DNA of 64,000 nucleotides from Callorhinchus milii. Lineage: Eukaryota. Shown one piece after another: positions 13,054 to 24,206 of this stretch (the stretch's first letter is position 1; each line of letters begins with the position of its first letter). The stretch covers positions 42,100,001 to 42,164,000 of the forward strand of contig NW_024704742.1 of NCBI RefSeq assembly GCF_018977255.1. Reading direction: 5' to 3'. The notes beneath the pieces are model-generated. The model ran no database searches. It worked only from the letters and a program-made list of their open reading frames with translations, and was not told the DNA's origin. Position numbers and translations under genes: made by a program.

Positions 13054-14032
13054 TAATAATAATACTTACATTTAACATAGTGTCTACCACATTAGGAAGA
13101 TGTCTCAAAGAACTTCACTGAATTTACTGTGAAGTGTAGTGTCTGTGTACCTTGTGTGTGAATAAAGCAGCCAATTTGCACATGGCAATGTCCCACAAGC
13201 GTATCGTTCATTGAACTTTGGCGCGGACTTGCTTGGACTGGTGTGGGTGTTTTGGGTATGAACTGAATGATCAATTTTAGTTGGGGGATTGTTTTCCAGG
13301 AAAGCAAGGGAAACTTTTTGAATAGTGTCAAGGGATCTTTAACGTCTTCCTGAACAGGCAATATTACTCAGTTTAACACCTCATCTGAGGAACTCACTTC
13401 CAACAACAACAGCAACAACAAAATGACATTTGTAAAGCGCCTTTCACGTTGAGAAGACATCCCAAGGTGCTGGACAGAGTTACGAAACCGAGCTGGGGGA
13501 GGGTGGAGGGCAGGGGGGGATCCAGGGAGATCGAAAGCATGGTCGAAGAAGAAGGTCTTGAGACGGGTCTTGAAAGTGGCGAGGGAGGGGGCGAGGCGGA
13601 GGAACTGTGGGATGGAGTTCCAGAGGGTGGGGGCAGAGTGGTGGAAGGCCCTCCCCCCAGTGGTGGGGCGAGCGAGGCAGGGGACGTGAAGCATGCTGGA
13701 GCCCGCTGAGCGGAGTGAGCAAAGCAGTTACACCTCATGGTCGACCAATCGATTGCGATCGATTTCTCGGAGCGTCAAGAAGTGGCCCACGAAACACCCG
13801 CGCCAGTCCAAGCAGGTCCACGCCAAAGTTCAATTAGCTACAAACCCGCAATATCCATGGCATGGTCATAAATGAAGAAAAATTCGATAAAGAAAAATTT
13901 ATTTGATGGCCAGCCATAAAGGTTGGTGACCAATGGCTTAGACTATATGAATTCCAAATCCTGAAGTGGGGCTTGAACCCACAGCCTTCTGACTGAGAGG
14001 TGGCAGTGCGACCAACTGAGCCAGGCTGACAC
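13054..14032 (-). mobile_element. Deu-domain SINE fragmented by insertions (tail/body 13054-13392, head ~13935-14032)
   Basis: Tail starts at 13054. The Deu core ends at gtttaacacctcatctgagg. The head is ggggcttgaacccacagccttctgactgagagg...ctgagccaggctgacac. Confidence 0.8.
13401..13720 (-). mobile_element. L2 LINE 3' end (ORF2 C-terminus, 3'UTR, (TTG)n tail)
   Basis: The ORF at 13368-13694 gives GGRAFHHSAPTLWNSIPQFLRLAPSLATFKTRLKTFFF, the typical L2 ORF2 end. The plus strand shows a (CAA)n tail. Confidence 0.9.
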
Positions 14033-14162
14033 ATATTCTTAATCAATTTTAATTTTGAAGTTGGTTTCTATACGAATTGGAGAAAACTGTTTTACAAATT
14101 AAGACTGGTTTAAGAATTTTCCACAATTTCTTAAACTTTGTAATTCATTGACCAGCAGGCTG

Positions 14163-15285
14163 AACAACAACAGCAACAACAAATAATACTTGTGTAGAGT
14201 CCTTCAAATCGGAAAGATGTCCTGGGGCGCTGGATAATCAGGAGTTTTGGCCCAGAGCTGGGAGTTGGGGTCAGAAGGGGAGGAGGGCAACAGGGCGGCT
14301 GTGAAGGTGGGAGGGTGGCCGAAGATACGGTCAAAGAGGAAGGTCTTCAGATGGGACTTGAAGGAGGCAAGAGAGGGAATGAGGCGGAGGGATTGCGGGA
14401 TAGAGTTCCAGAGTGTGGGGGCAGAGATGCTGAATGCCCGACCACCAATGGTGGGGCGGTAAGTGCGGGGAACCTGAAACAGGCTGGTGTCTGTCGAGCA
14501 GAGGGAATGGACAGGCTGATATGGGGTTAGGAGGTTAGAGAGGTACTGGGGAGCAAGACAGTGGAGGGCCTTGAAGGTAAGAACGAGAGTTTTGAACTTG
14601 ATTCTCTGAGGAATGGGGAGCCAGTGAAGCCGGGCAAGAACCGGGGTGATAGGTTCCCAGAGCCTGATGCGGGAGAGAACATGAGCTGCAGGGTTCTGAA
14701 TAATCTGGAACTTGTGGAGAGAAGAGTTGGGAAGTCCAGTGAGCGGGCAGTTGGTGTAGTCAAGTTGGCTATGACTGTCGGCTGTCATAGCTGTTGGCTG
14801 ACAGCTACGATGGCTGTTTTTAGGGGGATGGATACTGTGCCAGTGTTCAGGGAGAGGTTAAGGGGTTTGTTAGTAGGGGGCCAAGGAGGTGTAGCTGGAA
14901 ATGAGGAGAGGGATAGGGATGGGGTTAACGGAGCAGGTTGTGAGTTTCATTCGGGAAATGATGGAGGTCAGCGAAGAGGGGGAGACAGGGTCAAAAATGT
15001 GGAGGGAGTGATGATGGGGGAGGGCTGGAAGGGGAGCGGGAGGTGGGGACGGGGTGCCGGTAGAGGGGCTAGAGGCTATAGAGCAGATCCTCTTGACTTT
15101 GGACTCGAGGAAATCCATCATCTCCTCACATTTGGTGTTGGAGAAGAGGATGGCAGAGGCATGGGAGGGTGGATGGAGGAGTTGGTTTATGGTAGAAAAG
15201 AGGAGTCTGGGGTTGTCCTCATCTTCCAAGATGATTTTGGAATAAAAGGATGACTTAGCTGAGGCAAGGGCAGAGCGGTTGGTAT
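14163..15285 (-). mobile_element. L2 LINE ORF2 remnant with the RT core deleted internally
   Basis: ORF 14870-15376 gives AKSSFYSKII...NPRLLFSTINQLL (region before RT). ORF 14204-14788 gives LDYTN...QNPAAHVL...LHWLPIPQRIKFK...LWNSIP (region after RT). No RT catalytic motifs lie between them. Confidence 0.9.
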
Positions 15286-16343
15286 TGGTGCAGTCCAGCC
15301 AGAACCTTGGTGGGGTTTCAGGTGTCTGATGAAATCCCCATAAGAGCAGTTTGAAGCAGGGCTCTCCGGATAGCAATCGAGAGCATGGTTGTTAATTCTC
15401 TTCTCCCTAACCCAGGGGATCTGAAGCCAATCTTTGTACCGCAACTGTTGCCCAGCTGTGTAACACATGTTTCACACTTACTGAATAACAGTGCAGCTCC
15501 TGGGACGTGGGCAGAGCACTGAAACAGCACAAAGTCCTGGTTTGAAAAGCACTGCAGGCTAGTGGGATGAAAGGATCCGCTTCATACCAATTGGTGGGAC
15601 TGTGCAATACTGACGCCTCTAAAGCAGCCCATGCGTTTAACTCCTGAAATCATTGTTCCACAGTTTGCACAGTTCAGATTGTTCTCCTTCTCTCAAGTGT
15701 GGCAAATGCAATTCCCCAGTGCCAGCGTGGAAATAATGTCATATAATCTATATTTTTCTGGGTTCACTGAACTGTATATGTGCCACTAAACTTGACATTG
15801 CCATCGATTAATGTCACTGTTACAAGTATGAAGTCCCATCTATTATTTTTAAGTGTTACTTAATTCATATTTTTTTTGGAATTGCAGGATTATTTGGCTG
15901 GTCTTGGCTTCAATCTCCTGAAAGTTATCGATCAATTATTTATTTGTTCAAGTTCTTAAACCTCCTCTGTGTGCCTACTGTACCTCTAGTGTTTCTTTCA
16001 GTACTTGCTGTACATTCGTTGCCTCTTAACATAACTTCAAATAATGAGTGGAGAGACCTCATGCGGTATAATTAGAAATAACATTTGAGTACGTCAGTGG
16101 CTGCATTGACAGGGGTCAGCCTGAGAAAAATGAGAGGCAGGAGCTTACAGTGCATGTACATTCACAAACAATCACAACCGATGCTTGTGGTGAAATTACG
16201 TATTTCCCTCAAAATCTCCTATTATCCTGGATTACCGTAATCCAGATATTTTATGGCCTAAATTATTAAGATATTTATTTTAAAGTTATCCTTGGGAAGC
16301 AAGATGGGAAAGGGAGGGGAAGAACTATCCCAGCCTATAAAAT

Positions 16344-16596
16344 GGGATCTAAATTGCAAGATTCCCAAAAGGATTTGTAACTAGTGAATCCTTCAGGTAA
16401 CCAGATGTGTTTTACGTTGGTCCCCTGGGTCCCTGCTTAGGGGCCCATCTCAGTTTTTACATCCCTGAAGCCCAGTTGTGGCCTATAGGAAGCTCCTGGC
16501 AATTGGCAGGAAATTGTTGTAAATTAGTGGTCAAGTGCAGTTCCAGAGGGTCAGCTAACCATCTGGGTACCTGCAGGACTTGCAATTTACAATTCC
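16344..16596. mobile_element. Foldback/MITE-like element, same family as 780-1094
   Basis: Left taaattgcaag...tccttcaggtaaccagatg is inverted relative to right catctgggtacctgcaggacttgcaattta. It shares aaggatttgtaactagtgaatcc-like sequence with 780-1094. Confidence 0.55.
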
Positions 16597-16699
16597 TTTT
16601 GTGACTCTCACACATTAACCCAATTATTGGCAGATATGCAGAGGCAGCTGGCGAAGTAATAAAAGAACAGATTACAACATTATTGATTATTAGTATTAA

Positions 16700-16855
16700 T
16701 ACTAACAATGATATAATAATCCTTACATTTGATATCGCGCTTTTCATGTTGGGAGGACGTCTCAGATCGCTTCACAGGATTTCCTGTAGAGTACAGTGAC
16801 CGTGTATTTTGTAAGCAAACGCAGTAGCCAGTTTGCGAACAGCAATGTCCTACAG
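16700..16855 (-). mobile_element. SINE 3' half
   Basis: ataataatccttacatttgatatcgcgcttttcatgttgggaggacgtctc...gcaatgtcc. Confidence 0.85.
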
Positions 16856-17638
16856 TGGGGTCACAGCAATATACAGTGGTAAGTGTTTCCTATTGTCCAT
16901 CCTGGCTAGTTGTGAGTGAGATGAGCAGGTAATCCTTTGCACAAGAAGGCAGGGATGTTCAAAGTATTAAATGTTGATGTTTGTGGTCAAATGTGCAAAA
17001 CTTCATTTACAGCAACAAAACCTTGATATCTAGCGGTAAATTGATACGTTCAATTTGCCACGCTCTTCTATGTAGGGGAGGGTGAAGGGGCCAAAAAAGT
17101 GTTGCTTTATTTTTCTGAGAATCAATTTTGAAAAATATTTTATCCTAAGAAGGTGCAGTTTGTTTAAAAGTCATGAATTGACAACAAAACTTCCAGGGTT
17201 TTTAAGCCTTTTTTTTCCTCCAGCTCCTCTCTTCCCTCCAGTCCTGAAGGCAGTGAGTGATGCTGGTGAATGGCTTCTGAGAAAGGCAGCCTCCCAGCAT
17301 CTCGGCTAAGTGGATGTGGTCCGGCAGTGAACGTCAGCGGGTTATTAAGGAGCATCAGAACCAAACCTTCCCAAATACACAGTACAGACAACACACACAG
17401 TTACTTGGGACATCCTCCCAATGTGAAACGCGCTATACAAATGTAATTTGTTGTTGTTGTTGTTGCTTTATAGCTAATGATCAAGAGTAGGAATTGTTCC
17501 CCTTCATCCTTTCCCAGCTGAAATCATCTAAACAACTACGGATCAAGCACGTATTAAGGATCGTGTTGATCTCTATAATCCATGCAGTTACTTAGCCGCT
17601 TAACCATCACCGAGCACAGAATTTCTCAGTTTGAAGTA

Positions 17639-17798
17639 CAGTAAACTCCTGATAATTCGACCCTAGATTAACTTGTCATGCTGTCAATATCCCAGCCGCA
17701 CTTATTTATGTATTTATACATATACCTGACGCGCCACTCCGGATAACTGGTCACTGAGCCCTTTTCCCTTGGAGGGATGAGTTATCAGGAGTTTACGG
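17639..17798. mobile_element. Tc1/mariner (Tigger-like) MITE
   Basis: TIRs cagtaaactcctgataattc / gagttatcaggagtttacgg match 18/20 and are flanked by TA at 17637-38 and 17799-800. Confidence 0.8.
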
Positions 17799-20700
17799 TA
17801 CTTCATCCACGCTTGAGACCTTTCTTCCTCTATAGTAGCTGCATTTCTATTTTTTATTATGTTATTCAGTTTGTTAATTGAACAACAGTTCTCTTGAATA
17901 TTGAGTCAGTCATTTAGTCACAGAGTCATAGAACAGTTGGAAACCAAACCAAATTGTACCCGTTTATGGAAGTCACATCAGAATATTGCATATTTATACA
18001 GAGATTCACACTTAGCACATTATTTCACAGTGCATTCCTCTTCCATCTGGCCTTCTCTCTTTACATAATCATAGCTTGGAACACCACTGCAGGCTTCATG
18101 GGTGAATACATTGTCTGGTGAGATAGCGCCAAATGTAAAAACTCAATAAGTGTTTTACATTTCAAGGTGGACGTTAAAGATCCCATGGTACTGTTCAAAA
18201 AGAGAAAGGTGAGTCTGAAGGATAGGTTGGTGAGATTGATTAATTAATTAGGTTGAATTAAATCCACTTTACAATATATTCTGTGAAGCACTTTGAGATG
18301 TCTCAATGACGTGATAAAGCATTATATCAAATGAATTATTATTCATTATTCTCCTGTCTATTGGTTTTGCTCTTTGTGTCTTTCACTGGAGAGCAAGACA
18401 ACGCAATAGACCTGAGGCTATTTCAAATATTCAAAGCATGAGCAAAAACTCCCTCAACATATTGAGCCAATCGTTGCTCTCTTGTGTTGCTGAGTAACTT
18501 TGACAGCTTCAAATATTATTTATTCAAAATTTTCTGTCTTCCATTTTCTTTGCAGCAGAAAAAAATCAAAACAAAGCCATCAATTGTGCAATACTAAATA
18601 TCAATTCAAGTGTCACTGAAATATTGAGAGATGGGTGTGAATTGCGGGCACGTGGAGATATTACACAGAGCTCAGATACTGTAGAATTGAATAAACATCC
18701 GAGCAGTAAAAACATTAAGAGACATGGGGATAGTGCTGAAAGTGGGATGAACCAAATAAAGGGTAATTTAGAAAAACAGTAGTAGTGGCAGTACACAATG
18801 TGACCCATTATTAGCAGATCATTTCTGTGTTTCTATGAATATAGCAGTGAGTGAAAAGCTTTGATGTTGTGCTTTGAGTTGCTGTGATTGCACCTCTGTA
18901 TCCGTGGCAATGAATGTAAGTGACCGTGCGTTCCAGGGACCACAGTTGCTCAATCTGTCATCCATGGTGAGGTGGCTCTGCATAATTTCTTGATTTAAGA
19001 GGAACCGAGTCAGGAACAGATCCCCAGACTGAAGTCATTAGAAACCAACAGAGTATGTATTGATTTTGCTTCACATTCGAACGAGTCATCACTGGAGCCT
19101 GTCAGCCTGTTGCCTGAGCCCAAAGTGCTGAAGCTGGACAACGGAAAGAGGGGCTTGGAGCAGCCTCTGCCTTCAAATGAAGATATTGAATAAAAGTCAC
19201 GGTTCTAGTGGAAGTTGCAGTACAAAACTAAATCACTGAAGCCAGGCTGTCAGGAGAGAATTGAATTGTGAAGCTGCGAGATCGCAGCGTTTGCATATTA
19301 GTGCGACCGACACAAAAGCGCAAACAAAGAAAATCAATGCCATCGCATTATCCCTGCACTGCTCCCTTGTCAAAGATTTATTTTCCTTTTGCTTCCTTCA
19401 TTTAATCCACATGCCAGAGTGGCTCTTGAGCCATGGTTGCAGGCTATTCTGAGGTTTGTCTCACAGGCACGTGCTCTGGCTCCTGCGTCTGTTATATTAA
19501 ATGAGTTTGGATGGACATGTGAAAATTGTAGAATAAAATGATGGTGCCAATTTAGAAAAAAAATTCTGTGATGCCACCATATTCCATCGTTATTATTCCA
19601 CCTCAGTAAAAGCTTGTTTGTTGAGTTTGCTTTTTTAAAAAAAATCAAATTAGCAATTCTTCAATTTGAACAGCTTAAAAATGGGACAATTTGCCCACAA
19701 ATACACAGCTAATCTCACTTTACAGTATTTTCTGTGAAGCGATTTGAGACGTCTCATTGACGTTATAAGGCAGTATATCAAATGGAAGGATTATAACTGA
19801 GCAGTAAGATTAATATAAAATAACTCACTGTTGGTTGGAGTCATATGTTTGAGACGTAACAGAACTAAAACAAATACCAGGTCTTTCACAGTGAATGACT
19901 GTAAACCAAAGGAATCTGAATTATTCACTGACTAATTGATTTTCCTTAGAAATAAGGTGTCAGGCTCTTGAGTTCTCTAATGTTCTGTGGCCCTAATACA
20001 GTACAGTGCACTGTTCCAGATCTAAGCATGACATAGTCCTGTACTAATCCTGGAGGTATGTGGTGAGCACTGGACAAACCCTGCTAAATATAAACTGACA
20101 AGTCTTTAAACACATCTAAATCTTTCTGGAAATCGCTGCGCTTCTCCGCAAGGCCAGTTCCCTGGTTCTCTATTGACTGAAAGGAATGAACAGATTGAAC
20201 TATCTCTTCCATGCTGTGAGCCTCGGAATTCTTATCTTATCTGACTAAAGTAAACACTGAAAGGAAAGTTATGGCTTCAAGATTAGCCTGTAGTTCGGGA
20301 AGAAAATGAAAAACATGTTAGGTGATGAAAAGCTACCACCATGGGAAATTCTAGCTATTGCTCCTTAATGTTGTGGGAAGAATGGGTTATAATGTGGAAA
20401 CATAAAGAGGTATCGTGGAGTATTCTGCTATGAAAAGCCAGCCTTTTATTCAAGAGTGCCTGCCTGCCTGCTGTGCACTGCCAGCTTTCCTTGCGCTTCT
20501 TGCAGAATCACAAATGATGAAAATAAATTAATTTCATAAGTAGCACCCTCGCTTGAAGAGCAAGTAATGCTTTGGGCAGTGGATCTGTCTGAATGATAGC
20601 TTTTCATCTGGTGTATTGCCTTCTGATTCATGCTGCCAAAGATTTTAGGGTAAGCAAAGTGATTGTGATCTGGCATTTCATGGCAGTGTAGCAATTTCCT

Positions 20701-22204
20701 AATGTAGCCATGGACATTAGTGCTGTACTTATCATTAAAGTGAAGTATGACGCTGACTCAATACAGTGCCATGTAATGGAGTTTGGCTTATAAATTGTTG
20801 AAATTATTGTGCAAAGCAAAGTAACAATGAATAAAATTAGTCACTTCAGCAAACTTTTATGGGGTCATTTTTACATATAAAGGCAATAAAACTTCACTCT
20901 GGTTGTCACTTTAAATGCTTCTAACCATTACTAGAATTCGCATAACGTCTTTTGCTTCCCTCAAGAATCATTTGGATTAAGTGGCCAGCGGCAAGCTGTC
21001 AAACTGTTGGGAAAGTGATCTATTATGCTAACCACTTCCACAATAGCAATGATGTCCAACGTGGGGATGGACCTTTGTGTTTAAACAGAGTGATCTCTGT
21101 ATAGGGGGAAACCTAAGAAGGCTGTTAAATGATTTGGGTTGGCTCACTGTCCATTTGCATCGAGGGGAGTGTGATTTGGTAATGCGGTTGGATTGCTTGT
21201 TTGCTTTCAAGAATTTTAGGACAACACGCCAGGAGTTCCCGATAGTCAAGCTCATTTTAAACACTGGCTCAGAATGCTAAGTTTGGAGAGGTTGTGGGGA
21301 AGTTACCTGGAGACTGGAGGTCATTGCAATATGGAAAATAAATAATTCTAGATCCGTATTATTTTTGTAAATTGTTGCAGAGCAGTTTATGCTTCTGTGA
21401 AGTATTATGGTCAATTGAAAACGTGTGTACTAGCATTGGGTGAGATAAAAGAATAGGCCTTTGCTAATGTGCTCACCTGGTTAACATTGGTCAATGATTT
21501 GACTGCTCTTTCTTGAGAAAGCAGCTCATGAAACATTAGATCATTTGGGTTTGTCAACTCATCCAGTGTTTTTTCTGGCCTCAGCAGACCAGCCAGAAGT
21601 CTATTTCATGGCACGTTTCACTGCAAGTGAGCTTGGCTTCATCCCATCTGCAAGCCCAAGGAGGTGAAAAGTAATACAGTATTTGCATTAAGTAGTGGGA
21701 AAGATTGCAAGCTCCAATGATCACTGAGGCAAAACACTACTATGCTTCAAGGGCTAGGATTACTTAGAACTTCCAAAATAAGTAGAATGCAAATAGCTTG
21801 ATGATTATCCTTTTTGCTGAGAAGAATTTTGAAATCTAATTCCTAAAGTTAGCATCTTTCTGCTTCCTGGTGTTTGGCTGAAGAGTGTGATGTAGCATGT
21901 TTGCTCTGACAGTGCTATGCTCTACACATTGAAGCAATAAAATAATGAGTATTATGGTTTAATACCTTTATCTTGTTAGCTCTTATATCTTCCATGTTAG
22001 ACTCTCCATTGCTCCTGCCTTACTTCCTCTGGACTGGACCAGAATGCCAGTTCAGTAGTTTCTCTGCATGACTCTGATCTGATCAGGTATCAGGATAGTC
22101 GTGTGACTGCACCAATGTGGCCTGTGTTGCCATCCTCGCCATCAGATGATGAATCTGAGAGGTAGTTGGGAGGTGGTAAATCTTGCACATTGAGTTTGAA
22201 TTAT

Positions 22205-22410
22205 ACAAGAACACAGGAACTTAGGAGGCCACTCAGACTGATCTTTTAATCCATTTCCCCACCTTTTCCCCCTTCCCCTTAATAACCTTACTTTCCAAGT
22301 ATGGTATATATCTATCTCCCCTTTAAATAACCCAATTGATTCTATCCCTATGGCCTTCTTGACAGCACATAACAAACATGTTCACAATGATCTGTGTGAA
22401 GACATGTTTT
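22205..22410 (-). mobile_element. Old CR1 3' fragment
   Basis: tatctatctccccttta aataacccaattgattc (joined)...tctgtgtgaagac; the translation GIESIGLFKGEIDIY resembles the CR1 C-terminus. Confidence 0.6.
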
Positions 22411-22659
22411 CTTCATCTTTTGGGACTCGGATTCAAACTCAATTTCTCCACATGAAACCCTCTCATACCATTCCAGGGCTTGATGTGGAAATCACTGAAT
22501 ATCTGCTCAGATCTCATGTGGCGCTGTAACTAGTTATGTGAGTCTCACTGTCCAGTTGGATTTGAACATACATTGCAATAAGATCCTTTATTTTGCTTTG
22601 CAAAGATAAAATCATTTATTTATATCATTTGTCATTTTCGGGTCAGCTAATATTGCCCT

Positions 22660-23050
22660 GCTTCATACCCCTGCCTGATCCACCCCACCATTGGTTGGGC
22701 AAGCTTTAAGCCATTCTGCTCCCACTCAGGAACTCCATCACGGGGTCTCTCCACTTCACCTCTTCCTTTACTCAATGTGAATACATTCTGTATTTAGGTA
22801 AGCAGGATGTATCCCTTCAGGAAGAGAGTGTGCATTCCATTCCAGCAATCTATCTCTGAGATTTCCATGTATAGGAGGGATGTTGAAATTCGCAGTTTGG
22901 TCTGGATGTTCTTAAGCATGGTAATGGGTTTCTGCATGTGTCAGACACACGGCTGATCAAAAAAATAATAAAAATTCTCCACCTTTAAAGCCCACCTGAA
23001 GTCATATTTTATCAACTGTGTTTTCGGTCCCCTCCTCCTTTCCCCCACGC
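22660..23050 (+). mobile_element. L2 3' fragment interrupted by an unclassified repeat (22770-22976)
   Basis: ccccaccattggttgggcaagc...ctgctcccactcaggaactccatc lies before the insert and ccacctttaaagcccacctgaag after it; both match the L2 3' ends at 13401 and 38968. Confidence 0.7.
22770..22976 (+). repeat. Unclassified poly(A)-ended repeat, 3' part
   Basis: ttaggtaagcaggatg...tgtgtcagacacacggctgatcaaaaaaa, homologous to 31150-31352, 40043-40247 and 48048-48301. Confidence 0.85.
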
Positions 23051-23886
23051 TGCACCAGTTCAGATGCCCAGTAAATTTGCAATGCACTTGGAAAGTCCTC
23101 CTGACCTGAAAGACACACTTGTCAATGGCAAACTTTTTGGAGTTGAAGATGTTGCCTCAAGTAATAGTCAGCACCACATTCCCAGCAGCTGCAATAACCT
23201 ACAGCAATTCTCAGCAATTCCTGTGTCTTACCCACAGGTGCAGGTGGACGATGAGATGGCAGCATCCAGCCGCACAGCTTAGAACGCGGTTGTCTAGACT
23301 GCATTGATTGAATGTCTTAAATCACCCACTTCATTTAACCTTTCATCGAACCATTTAAAAAGGTAACCAGAGAAGAGTGCATAAGCGGCACTAATTTGCA
23401 ACGTTTAGCTTTTAGACCAATTTATAAACAGAGAGGTTTATTTAATGTTTTCCTTTACTTAAATTACACATTGGAGGTCTAACTGGTGGTGCTTAATGGG
23501 ATTCCATAGCAAAGACTCTGAGTCAACAGTTCAGACTCCTCTACCGCTAGCCGGTAGATGTCATGCCGACCTGTGGGATTGAATCTCGAAGTAGGTGGAG
23601 AGTGGGGTGACGTATATCTTATCATGCAAAGGAAATGCACAAGCTTATGCCTAAAGCGCAGCCAATAGTAATTGCAGGCCTTTTCCCTTAAATGAGCAGA
23701 AGCGTAAATTACAAGCCTAGTTTCTGACTTGGCTGAAAGCGCAGGGAGTTACAAGCACTCAGACGTGTGATACTGATTCGTGCAGAACAGAAAAGTGTCA
23801 TTTTTAGACCCTGGGCTGCTGAATTGGCTGAGTTTAGCGGTGAAGCGTTTCAATTGGACTCTGAATGTGGGAGAAGGAATCAATAT

Positions 23887-24206
23887 TAATAATAATAATA
23901 ATCCTTGCATTTGATATAGCGCTTTTCACGTCGAGAGGACCTCCCAAAGCGTTTCACAGAACACACTGTAAAGTGAATTGACTGTATATTTGTGGGCAAA
24001 CGCGGCAGCCAATTGCGCACAGCAATGTCCCACAAACAGTCGTAGATTGAAAATGACCAATTTATTATTGTTTTTGGTTTTGGAGGGATTATTATTAGGC
24101 TCTGTGTGGAGTAAGGAAACTTGCCCAAGGTTTCGCCCTGCCTGGAATTGAGCTCAGGTCTCTCACTTGCAAAGCGAGTGCTCTAACCACTGAGCTACAG
24201 GACTCC
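23887..24206 (-). mobile_element. Full-length tRNA(Ala)-derived SINE, subfamily A
   Basis: Complete head, body and (TTA)n tail; near-identical to the copies at 30401 and 53633. Confidence 0.95.

Noticed and set aside
14561..15253. Longest ORF (230 aa, plus strand)
   Set aside because: It is the G-rich antisense frame of the L2 ORF2 remnant and has no independent protein features.
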